A stretch of 64,000 nt of DNA. It comes from Parcubacteria group bacterium (GTDB taxonomy: Bacteria; Patescibacteriota; Patescibacteriia; UBA9934; GWF2-40-263). This document shows, piece after piece, positions 8,723-17,707 of this stretch; the stretch's first letter is position 1, and the number at the start of each line of letters is the position of its first letter. The stretch is from NCBI GenBank assembly GCA_013204395.1, contig JABMNZ010000026.1:13421-77420 (forward strand). Direction: 5' to 3'. Below the pieces are notes generated by a model that was not told the origin of the DNA, did no database searches, and saw only the letters and a list, made by a program, of their open reading frames with translations. Both the position numbers and the translations under genes were made by a program.

Positions 8723-10252
8723 ATGGGAAAGATGCGTGCCGTTAGGGGAAAGAAGTTCCGTCTGACCGTCCCCGGGCATGGGATGCCTGAAGAAGTGAGG
8801 TCCCTCACTCAAGGACCCGTGCTCGCAAGGTTGATGTCAACCGATTCTGCATCGGTAGTTCTGATCGATGAGCTGATCAAGTCCATGCGTTTGCTCTCAT
8901 CGGACGTCTCGTCTGTACGCGAAGCTCTGCGACGATTTGTGGAGTCTGAGCACAAGGCAGGTGAGGGTTTCGACAAGACACTCTGTCGAGTGATTGAGCA
9001 GCTATCTGAGCGCTGGACTGAGCATGGGATCAGATCCGGAATCAGGACCCTGATCTATCTGGAGAGGCACGGTTTTGCCTACGAGACACTGGGTGAACAC
9101 CTGGAGTGCTTGCGTGGTATGACGGACGTCATCATCATCGCGATCGAAGAGGGGGCACAGTTTCCCCACACCTTGGCTGGGGCTTTCCCCCTTCTTCTGC
9201 AAACGAGGGGAGAGGAGTTCCTCGTTTTGGCGATTCACATGTTCGTTCACGCACTCTCTGAGGAAGAGGGGATGGTGTGTCTGGACTACGCTCCCAGAGG
9301 ACGAAGGGTCTTGAGCATTCCTGTGGTACCCAGTGTGATGATGATGTACTGGAGAGACATGTTCGAGATCTTCAGTCCGGAGTTCGACAGAAAGAAGGCC
9401 ATTGGGCTCCCGACCACACCGTTTGACACAGGGAAACTTATCCCTGATGGGTGGAGGTGCTTCAAGCGCATTGGTGAGCTGGACCTCAATCCAGATGAAC
9501 AAAAGCGGGTCATCGATCTGGGCGCCATTCGTTTGGTTCAAGTTCTGAGGGATCGTGAGCTCAGTGTGCGGACCATGCGTTTGGCACTTTTGGCGACTGT
9601 CTCAAACACAGAACTTCAGAAGCTTCTGGACAATACTCCCGAGTACATCAGGACCGTGAAGGTCTGGGAAGCTCTGGCGTGTCTGTGCTCGCTTGGCGAA
9701 TTCCACACACTCGGAGGAACCCAGGATGCGTGGGAGACTCATGTCGCCAAGAAGGAATCTGACCGAATGCTCCGCGCAGAGCAGGTAAGGCAGAAAGCCG
9801 AGGAAGAAGCTCGTCTTCGACAAGAGCGTCAGGCTGCCAATGCTCCCAACCCACAAAAACGCGGAAGTCGCGGGTACGCTCCGGGCAAGCCTGCAGAAGT
9901 GGACTTCGAGGCCCTGTGCTCCGAGCTCGACGTCTGTACGCAGTTTCCTGGAATGGATGGTGACATCACACGCATCATCCTGGTGCACGGCTTGCTTCGC
10001 GACGGTGAGCGACTGGCTTCACTAGCAAGTCTGCCCGAGCGCAACGAGAAGAAGCTCTGGGGCCAGTGCAAGACATTCTTGGGCGGTGGCACATCACGTC
10101 GCGAGTTCAAGGGTGCTCTCGGGAAGCTCGTATCTGCTCATCTGGTTTCCTTCTCCGGAGGCAGCTACCAGCTTGGCAAACCAAACCCGCGCTTCCCTCA
10201 GGCAAACGCGGTGCTCACACAGCTCCGCGGCCTGGTGAACAAGTACAGCTGA
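8723..10252 (+). CDS. hypothetical protein, member 2 of the paralogous family
   Basis: Conserved C-terminal domain (…FEALCSELDVCTQFPGMDGD…GGSYQLGKPNPRFPQAN…); charged coiled-coil-like linker before it as in other copies. Confidence 0.6.
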   Translation: MGKMRAVRGKKFRLTVPGHGMPEEVRSLTQGPVLARLMSTDSASVVLIDELIKSMRLLSSDVSSVREALRRFVESEHKAGEGFDKTLCRVIEQLSERWTEHGIRSGIRTLIYLERHGFAYETLGEHLECLRGMTDVIIIAIEEGAQFPHTLAGAFPLLLQTRGEEFLVLAIHMFVHALSEEEGMVCLDYAPRGRRVLSIPVVPSVMMMYWRDMFEIFSPEFDRKKAIGLPTTPFDTGKLIPDGWRCFKRIGELDLNPDEQKRVIDLGAIRLVQVLRDRELSVRTMRLALLATVSNTELQKLLDNTPEYIRTVKVWEALACLCSLGEFHTLGGTQDAWETHVAKKESDRMLRAEQVRQKAEEEARLRQERQAANAPNPQKRGSRGYAPGKPAEVDFEALCSELDVCTQFPGMDGDITRIILVHGLLRDGERLASLASLPERNEKKLWGQCKTFLGGGTSRREFKGALGKLVSAHLVSFSGGSYQLGKPNPRFPQANAVLTQLRGLVNKYS

Positions 10253-10270
10253 CCGAGTTTCGCTCGGTCC

Positions 10271-10300
10271 GAGGTCCAAACGCTGGACCTCTTTTTTATT
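10271..10300 (+). terminator. rho-independent terminator (gaggtccaaacgctggacctc + T-run)
   Basis: Perfect hairpin + TTTTTTATT. Confidence 0.8.
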
Positions 10301-10354
10301 AAGCTATCTGTGGATATCGCTTTACTTGACTAAAGTATTGTAAGCTGTTATCTT

Positions 10355-10654
10355 GTGGGCATGCGTATTGAAGATAAAAATACAGAGAGTCTTTTTCTCG
10401 CCATATTAAGTTTGCAAACCCTTGAAGAATCAAAGGCATTCTTTAGAGATTTACTCACGGAAAAAGAGATTGAGGAGTTCTCCAATCGTTGGAAAGCGGC
10501 TCGTATGCTTTCTGAGGGCATTCCCTATTCAAAGATTCAAACGGAAACAGGATTATCTTCACGGACGGTGGCTCGTATTTCCAAATGGCTCCAGTCTGGT
10601 AAGGATGGATATAAACTTATGATTAACCGAACACATCATCATGACGACTCCTAG
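10355..10654 (+). CDS. TrpR-like YerC/YecD family DNA-binding protein
   Basis: ~100 aa, …SNRW.AARMLSEG.PYS.I….GLSSRTVARISKWL… characteristic of YerC/YecD. Confidence 0.7.
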   Translation: MGMRIEDKNTESLFLAILSLQTLEESKAFFRDLLTEKEIEEFSNRWKAARMLSEGIPYSKIQTETGLSSRTVARISKWLQSGKDGYKLMINRTHHHDDS

Positions 10655-10679
10655 GAGATGCGTCATTTGAATTGTTCAA

Positions 10680-10709
10680 AAACACGCGTCTCCGGCGCGT
10701 GTTTTTTAT
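10680..10709 (+). terminator. rho-independent terminator
   Basis: acacgcg-tctccgg-cgcgtgt + TTTTTTATT. Confidence 0.75.
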
Positions 10710-10724
10710 TAGAAATGAAAAAAT

Positions 10725-11870
10725 ATGAATGTTCGTGAACTAACAAAAAAACTCATCTCTCTTCAAAGTTTTGATGATGGAAGACTTTATGAAAAACCAA
10801 TGTCTGATTTTTTGGTCGCCTATGTAGAAAAGAATCTTCCATGGTTGAGTATTGATCTTCAGGAAGTGGAACCGAATCGTTTCAATGTCTATTTACGAGA
10901 TAGTTCTCCAACAAAACTTCTGGTTGTTGATCAGATTGATACGGTTGTGCCAGAGCAGGGTTGGGACGGGGAGGCACTGCTGCCTGTTGAAAGTGATGGA
11001 AGAATTTACGGTCTTGGATCAAGTGATTCAAAGGGGAACGTTGCTGCGTTTTTAAAAGCACTTGAGCGTTTCGGTGAAACAAAAGGTCTTGCCATCTTGC
11101 TTTACGTTGACGAGGAATATTGTTTCAAAGGCATGAAGTATTTTATTTCATCTTCGCTTGCTAAGAATATACAACCAGAGTTCGTCTTGTCGATCGATGG
11201 CAACGGTTCGGTTTTGGGAAGCGGTTGCCGCGGGTTGGTTGAGTTTGATATTCAGATTCGTTCTGAGTCGGGACACACGGCAAACCCAAAAACACCTGGG
11301 GCGCTTTTGCCTTACTTGACCGTTTTTCAAAAATTTCAAACATGGCTAAAGCAATACTCTGATTTGGAGCAAGGGGAGGCTACAGCACAGATTGCGAATT
11401 TACGAAGTGGTTTGATTGTTAACGAATCAGATGAAGGTTTCGTGTTCGGAAAAGAGGGTAACCGCCTTCCGAATTTCACAGAGGCGAAGATTGAAATTAG
11501 AACGACACCGACTCTCTCATGGAAAGAGATTGAAAGCTTCTGGAAGTCTGAGTTGGGTCGCTACGCTGATCTTGACGCAAGCCTAACAGGAATATTCGAT
11601 CTTGATGGATTCTCTACACCTCGTGAGAGATTGAAGCTTTTGGAGCAATCCGTTTTCGATTCCATTGGAAGTGTTTCTTACTTAGATCCATCGACTTTCG
11701 GTTACCTGGATGTGGCGATGTTGAAGACGGTTTTTCCAGATGCAAGTTTGTGTTCTTTTGGAATTGGCGAGCCGGGGGTCAATCATAAGCCAAACGAGTA
11801 TGTTCGTATCGATAGATTAGACGAGGGAGTATCTGTGTACTTGCAGATACTCAAGAAACTTCTCACCTAG
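10725..11870 (+). CDS. M20 family metallopeptidase/deacylase (ArgE/DapE-like)
   Basis: Length and motifs (LGSSDSKGN…; HTANP…) of M20 peptidase family; low GC. Confidence 0.6.
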   Translation: MNVRELTKKLISLQSFDDGRLYEKPMSDFLVAYVEKNLPWLSIDLQEVEPNRFNVYLRDSSPTKLLVVDQIDTVVPEQGWDGEALLPVESDGRIYGLGSSDSKGNVAAFLKALERFGETKGLAILLYVDEEYCFKGMKYFISSSLAKNIQPEFVLSIDGNGSVLGSGCRGLVEFDIQIRSESGHTANPKTPGALLPYLTVFQKFQTWLKQYSDLEQGEATAQIANLRSGLIVNESDEGFVFGKEGNRLPNFTEAKIEIRTTPTLSWKEIESFWKSELGRYADLDASLTGIFDLDGFSTPRERLKLLEQSVFDSIGSVSYLDPSTFGYLDVAMLKTVFPDASLCSFGIGEPGVNHKPNEYVRIDRLDEGVSVYLQILKKLLT

Positions 11871-11879
11871 GAGACAGAC

Positions 11880-12728
11880 ATGGAATCCGTTCTTTTGACT
11901 CAGGGCAGTTGGAAGCGTCAGCGAGAGATCGTCGACGCTCTGGTGCTCGCATACGCAACACAGTTCTGGTGCGGGACCTGGAGAGAGCTGCTCGCGATTC
12001 GTGACGCCGACGGTTGCATCGAACAACAGTTCGGCACCTTCGATCAATACGGCAGCATCTACCCGGAGACACAACAGCTTCTGGAGCTCGCTGGTATTGG
12101 AGAGGATGATCCAAATTGGCCCAACAGGCTTTGGGCCCTGGCCGAATCTGGAGAGCTGAGGACGGTGGATGGCCGACTGGTCACGCCGTACTGGTCGCTG
12201 GATAGTGCAAGGCAGGAACTCCTCAGGTTCGTTACGTCAACGGATTCGGATGGGTACGGAGGCGAACTGCTGGTTCTCGTTGAGAGATCACAGATCGTGG
12301 GCTTCACGGCATACACATGCCTTCGTGACGCGGACGGACGTCAGGTCGCGGACAAGCGATTTCCTGTGGAGCGTCTGCACATTCCGATCGACAGTCCAGA
12401 GGCTACACAAATGTGTCTGGGGGAGTACCTGAAGAGTCAGTACGGTGAGTCACTGACCCTTGGGATCTTTCTCGATCACGCCGTCTCAGAAGTGTATCGC
12501 GGACAACGTCTGGGAAGCCGTCTGTTCGACGAGCGAATCACCCGACTGTTGGAGTTGGGTGCTGAGGTGATTCTCGGAAGAACCATCCTGACGTCCCCCA
12601 GGCAGTACCGTGGCAACTACCTCGCCCGAGGTCTTCGGCCATTTGCCGCTGACGGCACTGACGCCTTCAGCCTGTCCAAGCACTACTTCTGCACAGAAGT
12701 TTCCGAGCTCACTCCCCGAGCGAGCTGA
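11880..12728 (+). CDS. GNAT family acetyltransferase with N-terminal extra domain
   Basis: TAGGAGA RBS; C-terminal GNAT core …VYRGQRLGSRLF…; abrupt switch to high GC 9 nt after upstream stop. Confidence 0.55.
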   Translation: MESVLLTQGSWKRQREIVDALVLAYATQFWCGTWRELLAIRDADGCIEQQFGTFDQYGSIYPETQQLLELAGIGEDDPNWPNRLWALAESGELRTVDGRLVTPYWSLDSARQELLRFVTSTDSDGYGGELLVLVERSQIVGFTAYTCLRDADGRQVADKRFPVERLHIPIDSPEATQMCLGEYLKSQYGESLTLGIFLDHAVSEVYRGQRLGSRLFDERITRLLELGAEVILGRTILTSPRQYRGNYLARGLRPFAADGTDAFSLSKHYFCTEVSELTPRAS

Positions 12729-12735
12729 TTACGCA

Positions 12736-12762
12736 CCCAAGCCACCTGGCTTGGGTTTTTTT
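12736..12762 (+). terminator. rho-independent terminator
   Basis: cccaagcc-acct-ggcttggg + T7. Confidence 0.8.
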
Positions 12763-12770
12763 GTTATACT
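12762..12770 (+). promoter_or_regulatory. extended -10 promoter TGtTATACT for dtd (near-leaderless)
   Basis: TGnTATACT 9 nt upstream of ATG 12780, directly abutting terminator T-run. Confidence 0.4.
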
Positions 12771-12779
12771 AGTGTCTAT

Positions 12780-13217
12780 ATGAAAGCTGTTGTTCAACGA
12801 GTAAAACGTGCGTCTGTTACGGTCGATGGGGAAGTGACAGGCTCGATCGATCAAGGGCTTTTGGTTTTTCTTGGGATCCATCAAGACGACACGGACGAGA
12901 TGATTGAAAAGATGGCTGGGAAGATCGCCAAGCTGAGAATTTTTGAAGATGAAGAAGGAAAGATGTCGCGATCTGTGGAAGATATCGGTGGAAGCGTTTT
13001 GATGGTTAGTCAGTTCACACTCTACGGAGATGTGCGTAAAGGCAATCGCCCAAGCTTTATAGAATCGGCTCGACCAGAAAAAGCCGAACCCATGTATGAA
13101 GCAGTAGTCGAGTCTATTAGAGGTCTGGGTCTTCCAGTCGAAACTGGGCGCTTCACAGCTATGATGGATGTGGAGTTAGTGAACGACGGGCCTGTAACGA
13201 TACTCATTGAACTCTAG
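12780..13217 (+). CDS. dtd: D-aminoacyl-tRNA deacylase
   Basis: MKAVVQRV…GLLVFLGI…SQFTLYGD… hallmark Dtd motifs, 145 aa. Confidence 0.85.
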   Translation: MKAVVQRVKRASVTVDGEVTGSIDQGLLVFLGIHQDDTDEMIEKMAGKIAKLRIFEDEEGKMSRSVEDIGGSVLMVSQFTLYGDVRKGNRPSFIESARPEKAEPMYEAVVESIRGLGLPVETGRFTAMMDVELVNDGPVTILIEL

Positions 13218-13221
13218 AATG

Positions 13222-13248
13222 ATCTGAGCAACACGCTCAGATTTTTTG
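13222..13248 (+). terminator. rho-independent terminator after dtd
   Basis: atctgagc-aacacg-gctcagat + TTTTTTG. Confidence 0.75.
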
Positions 13249-13331
13249 TACCTGCTCTTTTCAATGTCACGCATCTTCCGTAGGTAAGACCGATGCGTGC
13301 CACCTTGAAAAGCATGCTTTGAAGAATGATT

Positions 13332-13363
13332 AAAATAAAAACCCACCCGCGTTAAAGGGTGGG
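13332..13363 (-). terminator. rho-independent terminator of nadE (minus strand)
   Basis: A-run then cccaccc-gcgttaaa-gggtggg hairpin immediately 3' of nadE stop. Confidence 0.7.
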
Positions 13364-13370
13364 TGGAAGC

Positions 13371-15401
13371 CTAGGTGGCCTCGAGTTCGGCGATCATGGC
13401 GTCCACTTCGTCGACGAAGACCTGAGGGTCGCCGTCGCTGGGCCAGCGCCACTTGTCGTGGGCGCCGAGCCCCAGGGATGCCACCAGCACGGAGTCCGGG
13501 CTGGCGTTCCTCTTGAACTGCGCGAAGTCAAACTTGATGTACCAGTCGCGCATCCACTTGAGAAGGAACGCTCGGTCGTAGATGACGTCGTCGTCCTTCT
13601 CCTTGCGACCAAAGGCTGTCTCAGCCAGGAAGGCCATGCGTCTGGGCTCGGCGCCCGTTCGCATCATATCGTGCATGTAGAAGTCCGTGACGGGGTAGGG
13701 CCCCATCTTGTCTTCAGAGGACTGGATCTCTTCTCCCTCTGCCACCTGCACCAGTTCTGGTGAGATGCGTCGGTTGACGATCCTCATGAGAACCTCTTTG
13801 AGAGGCTCTTCATGGGTCATGTACTCGATGTAGTACTGGACCAGGTACTGGACCAAGGTCTTGGGGATGTTGGCGATGACGTGGAAGTGCGACGACTGGT
13901 CGCCGCCTTCCGTGCACCACCCCTTGGCCGCTTCGCTCATGTCCCCGGTTCCCAGGTTGAATCCCAGGGTCTTGAGGACGAAGGTTCGGGCGCGGGCTTG
14001 GGCATTCTCGCACTGCGTGCACTTCCAGCACGGGTCGTGGCCAGCGGCCTTGAGTGCTGCTGTGGCCAACTCGGTGATGTCAGCCGTGTGAATTCCCGTA
14101 CCTAGTGCTCGGGCCAGGGTGAGCGAGTCGTCCTGTGACTCATCACCTGAGGCAGGGCCTGGAAGCCGGACGCTGGTGAAGAACTGTCGAGACCACCCAA
14201 GGCGGTCGTAGCTGTACACCGTCACCAGGTCAGCAAGACAAGAGTCGAGTCCTCCAGAGAGTCCCATAAATGTCTTGACGGGTTCTCCGTCTTTGCTGAG
14301 GTGCCACAGGCGACCGATGACTCCTTGACCGAGCCCGTTGAAGAGCTCTCTACCCACCTTCTCCATGGCCGTCGGGTCACTGGGGACAAACGGCAGGCGC
14401 TTGAGCTCACGGCGGAAGTCCTTGGTGTCAGGGAACCAGCTGCGCACTTCCGTGGTCACGAAGCGGTAGGGGAAGCGAGCGACACGTTGCGCCTGCCTCC
14501 AGCCATCGTCAGCGTTTCGGTCGTGCATCAGCTTGCCAATGTCGATGTCGCTCACCAACAGCTCGCTTTGGCCAGGCAACATCCAGCGCTTGCTGGACGC
14601 CAGGATGCGACCATCCTCGATGATCATCGAATGTCCATCCCACACCACCGACGAGGTGGAATCACCTGCCTGGATAGCGTAGATGTACACGCTCTTTTGA
14701 CGACCTGAGTTCGCCGGGAACAGCACTTCTCGCCACGTATCCTTGCCCAGCACCCAGTTGGATGCGGACAGATTCACAATGACGGTGGCACCGTTGTGAG
14801 CGTGGCGATCTGCTGGACTTGGCGTTTGCCATCCATCCTCGCAGATCTCGATCCCCATGGTGAACACGTCTTCATATCGTCTGTCGACAAACGGGATCAG
14901 AATGTCCGTCCCAATGGGAACAGGTGTGTCCTGCCACTCGAGCTTGACCTCGGTGGCTTGCAGGTCACACGCGGCGGAGAACCACTCGTTCTCCTGCCAC
15001 TCGCTGCGTCCAGCCAGGTAGCTCTTGGGAATGAACGCGATGACCTGTCCTTGAGAGACAACCGCCGCGACGTTGAACAGAGCGTCCAGTGCGAGGGGGA
15101 GTCCCAAGACAAACGTCGTTGCGATGTCAGCGGTTTTCAAGCAGAAAGTCTCAAGCGCTTCCAGGCAGGCGATCTGTAGACCGCGCTGACGGAAGGCATT
15201 GCGGCAGCCGTAGCCAGAGAGGCCCAGCTCAGGAAAAGCCATGAGCTGGATCTTCTCGGCGTCAGCCCGCAAGGCCATTTCCAGATGGCGCTTGAGGTTG
15301 ATGGCAACGCCCTTGGGCTTTGTCCAGAACGTGGCTGTTGCTACACGAGCAAAGCCGAAGCTGCTTGAACGACCGCGAGCGGTCTGTACTCGTTGGGTCA
15401 T
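13371..15401 (-). CDS. nadE: glutamine-dependent NAD+ synthetase (N-terminal nitrilase/CN-hydrolase domain + C-terminal NAD synthetase)
   Basis: 676 aa two-domain architecture (CEDGWQ catalytic Cys region; SGGLDS PP-loop); AAGGAG RBS; high GC. Confidence 0.85.
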   Translation of the reverse strand: MTQRVQTARGRSSSFGFARVATATFWTKPKGVAINLKRHLEMALRADAEKIQLMAFPELGLSGYGCRNAFRQRGLQIACLEALETFCLKTADIATTFVLGLPLALDALFNVAAVVSQGQVIAFIPKSYLAGRSEWQENEWFSAACDLQATEVKLEWQDTPVPIGTDILIPFVDRRYEDVFTMGIEICEDGWQTPSPADRHAHNGATVIVNLSASNWVLGKDTWREVLFPANSGRQKSVYIYAIQAGDSTSSVVWDGHSMIIEDGRILASSKRWMLPGQSELLVSDIDIGKLMHDRNADDGWRQAQRVARFPYRFVTTEVRSWFPDTKDFRRELKRLPFVPSDPTAMEKVGRELFNGLGQGVIGRLWHLSKDGEPVKTFMGLSGGLDSCLADLVTVYSYDRLGWSRQFFTSVRLPGPASGDESQDDSLTLARALGTGIHTADITELATAALKAAGHDPCWKCTQCENAQARARTFVLKTLGFNLGTGDMSEAAKGWCTEGGDQSSHFHVIANIPKTLVQYLVQYYIEYMTHEEPLKEVLMRIVNRRISPELVQVAEGEEIQSSEDKMGPYPVTDFYMHDMMRTGAEPRRMAFLAETAFGRKEKDDDVIYDRAFLLKWMRDWYIKFDFAQFKRNASPDSVLVASLGLGAHDKWRWPSDGDPQVFVDEVDAMIAELEAT

Positions 15402-15504
15402 GGCGTCTCCTTAGGTCCAGTTAAACGTGAGGGCATGATCAGAGATTTGATCGAGCTCTCGCGTAAAAGCTCGTGCGTACCACGAGCGGGTGGGGACCTG
15501 AGGG

Positions 15505-16155
15505 TCAGGTCATTTCGTAGGACTTGTTGGAGTTGCGATCTCCGGCCGACGCGGCCTGCGGACGCTTTGCTTCGGCCAGCTGCTGCTTCAAGCGTTCGGC
15601 TCGCAGCCACTGGGCGAAGGCGAAGGTGCGCACGCCGTCGTGGATGGTGGTTGGATCGCAGAACACGCTGATGGGCATCCACAGACGGCTGATGTCCTCA
15701 CCTTCATTGGGATTGCCAAGGCCGGTGTCAGGGCCAGTCACCTTTGCTGTGTCGATCCTTGCCACGCTCAGGAAGGCGCGCTCGGTGAGGATGCCAGCGG
15801 ACAGGCTCATGGAGCGCCCACCATTGAGGACGACGACTGCGTCTTCCGTCATGGCCGCACCAGCTTCTTCCGAAGCTTCCTTTACCGCCAAAGCCTTGGG
15901 GCCGAGGTCGACATCAAAGCGCCCGGCGACCGTTTCGATTTCGACACCCGTGGGGTTGTCATCGCGCATTTGCGTCAGGTGCATCTGTGAGATGAGGAGA
16001 ACGCGGTCTCCTTCCAGATCAATCAGCAGGCAGCTGACAGAGTCGGTCACGCGGACCACTTCTCGAGTGTTTCCGCCGCTGTCCAACCAGGATTCCACTT
16101 GGCAGAAGCCGTCGTGGAAGGTGGCCTCATGTGAGGGGGCTGAGGGTTCTGACAT
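15505..16155 (-). CDS. Nudix hydrolase (possible ADP-ribose pyrophosphatase)
   Basis: GGAGGTGA RBS before internal ATG at 16155; Nudix box-like …GPKALAVKEASEEAGA…; longer ORF to 16392 rejected. Confidence 0.5.
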   Translation of the reverse strand: MSEPSAPSHEATFHDGFCQVESWLDSGGNTREVVRVTDSVSCLLIDLEGDRVLLISQMHLTQMRDDNPTGVEIETVAGRFDVDLGPKALAVKEASEEAGAAMTEDAVVVLNGGRSMSLSAGILTERAFLSVARIDTAKVTGPDTGLGNPNEGEDISRLWMPISVFCDPTTIHDGVRTFAFAQWLRAERLKQQLAEAKRPQAASAGDRNSNKSYEMT

Positions 16156-16261
16156 GGTCACCTCCTTAGATACTCTATCTGCTAAGCCGCCGAGCATCGG
16201 CAACTTGGTAAATAGGGCGAGGGTACTTGGTGGGTACCAAGGCCTCGCCGCGTTGTTGGAC

Positions 16262-17563
16262 TCAGACCCTCTGGGCGTGGAAGTAGTCCACATCGTAGTC
16301 GAACACCCGCTTGAGGCGTTCGATGAATTCCGGGTCACCGATCGCCTTGGCGATGTTGTCGGTGAGCTTGCCGGTGGGGTACCAGATGCCATCAGTTCCG
16401 GTTTTGGCGAACCAGGGCTTGATCACCACCGAGCAGGTCGGAAGACCCAGGTCGTTGGTGAGGTTGGTGCCCCAGCCAAAGGAGGTCTTGACCTGGTTCA
16501 GGAACTTGCTGGCCAGCTCGCACATCAATTTGAGGTCCAGGCCGTCGGAGAAGATGACCATCTTGGATCGAGGGTCGATCCCGAGTGCCTTGTAGAAGGC
16601 GATCATCTTGAAGCAGTAGTCCTTGGGGTCTCCCGAGTCCTGACGGGTACCCTTCCAGTTGCGCGCCATCTCCTGCGTGAAGTCACGGAGGAAGGCGTCG
16701 GTGCCGAAGGTGTCGGTCAGTGCGATGGAGAGACCTTCACCGAAGGAATTCCACCACAGATCGAGCAGCTGACGCTGGACGCCAGCCAGGGCGGCATCAG
16801 GATCCTCAGCGGCCATACACAGTGCGGCCATGACCATGACGAGCTGGTGGGCGTTGGTGCCCATGGGAAGCAGAGAGAAGTTCATAGCTGCCTCCACGTT
16901 GGAGGTGCCAAGGAACTGCTCGGGGAGCTCTTCGGCCATTCGCTGATCGATGTACCGCTGCCAGGCACGGTGGAAGCGACGACGTGTACCGAAGTCGCAG
17001 AACATCAGGTACGGGTGGTACTTACGAAGGAATGCGATCTTCTCGTGAAGCCGGCTGACACCTTGAGCCATGGTGGCTTCTCGATCCATGCGAGACATGG
17101 CACGCAGGGCGTTGCGCGAGCGCATGCCGTTGATGAGCGACAGGGCAGGGACTTCCCAGTGCATGCCCCGACCCCAGTTCCCACCAAACGTCAGATCGAA
17201 CTGCCCATCCACAACACTCAGGTGGTAGCCCGGACGCTGTAGGTCGCGGAGATGATCTACGTACGAGGCGGAGAACATGCGTTCTCCGTACTCGTCCGTG
17301 CCCTTGATGTAGTGCAACTCCGAGCGCTGGAAGCGTTGGGCCTGGAGCTTGTCGAGCTCATCACCGAGGTCGTCGACATCGATCTCATCCGCCAGGCGAA
17401 CGTCTGCCGTCCTGTTGGTCAGGCCGTACCTGACCTCCACGTCCGGGAACTCTGTGTGGATCACACGTCCCATGGTGAAGGTGTAGAAGTCGTCGTCGAG
17501 CATTCCGCCGACCAATGGGCCGTCGAGAATCTCATCGATCAGGTTGCCAAAGGGTGCTGACAT
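16262..17563 (-). CDS. pncB: nicotinate phosphoribosyltransferase
   Basis: DFGTRRRF, LPMGTNAH, IALTDT…DAFLRDF, RQDSGDP, FSDGLDL motifs match PncB throughout; GGAGGA RBS. Confidence 0.85.
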   Translation of the reverse strand: MSAPFGNLIDEILDGPLVGGMLDDDFYTFTMGRVIHTEFPDVEVRYGLTNRTADVRLADEIDVDDLGDELDKLQAQRFQRSELHYIKGTDEYGERMFSASYVDHLRDLQRPGYHLSVVDGQFDLTFGGNWGRGMHWEVPALSLINGMRSRNALRAMSRMDREATMAQGVSRLHEKIAFLRKYHPYLMFCDFGTRRRFHRAWQRYIDQRMAEELPEQFLGTSNVEAAMNFSLLPMGTNAHQLVMVMAALCMAAEDPDAALAGVQRQLLDLWWNSFGEGLSIALTDTFGTDAFLRDFTQEMARNWKGTRQDSGDPKDYCFKMIAFYKALGIDPRSKMVIFSDGLDLKLMCELASKFLNQVKTSFGWGTNLTNDLGLPTCSVVIKPWFAKTGTDGIWYPTGKLTDNIAKAIGDPEFIERLKRVFDYDVDYFHAQRV

Positions 17564-17615
17564 GTCTGTCCTCCAAGTAGGTGCAGGTCCTCACGACGTT
17601 TATCGTCGTGGGGAG

Positions 17616-17648
17616 AAATCTGGTCTCGAGTTGCTCGAGCTCAGGTTT
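17616..17648. repeat. 33-bp imperfect palindrome AAATCTGGTCTC-N9-GAGCTCAGGTTT, copy 1 (upstream of pncB)
   Basis: Second copy at 19209..19241 with identical 12-nt arms and different 9-nt centre. Confidence 0.7.
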
Positions 17649-17707
17649 CTTTTTTTAAATAGGTCGCGCCGCCCAGGAGAGAAGCTCCAGGACGGGCGAC
17701 AGAGGGA

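Noticed and set aside
16156-16392. Upstream extension of the Nudix ORF to 295 aa
   Set aside because: The extended N-terminus is Ser/Thr/Pro-rich low complexity. A GGAGGTGA RBS sits precisely before the internal ATG at 16155.
15524-17242. 572-aa plus-strand ORF
   Set aside because: It lies entirely antisense to the well-supported Nudix and pncB genes in a high-GC region where stop codons are rare. It has no RBS and Ser/Arg/Ala-rich low-complexity translation, so it is a spurious ORF.
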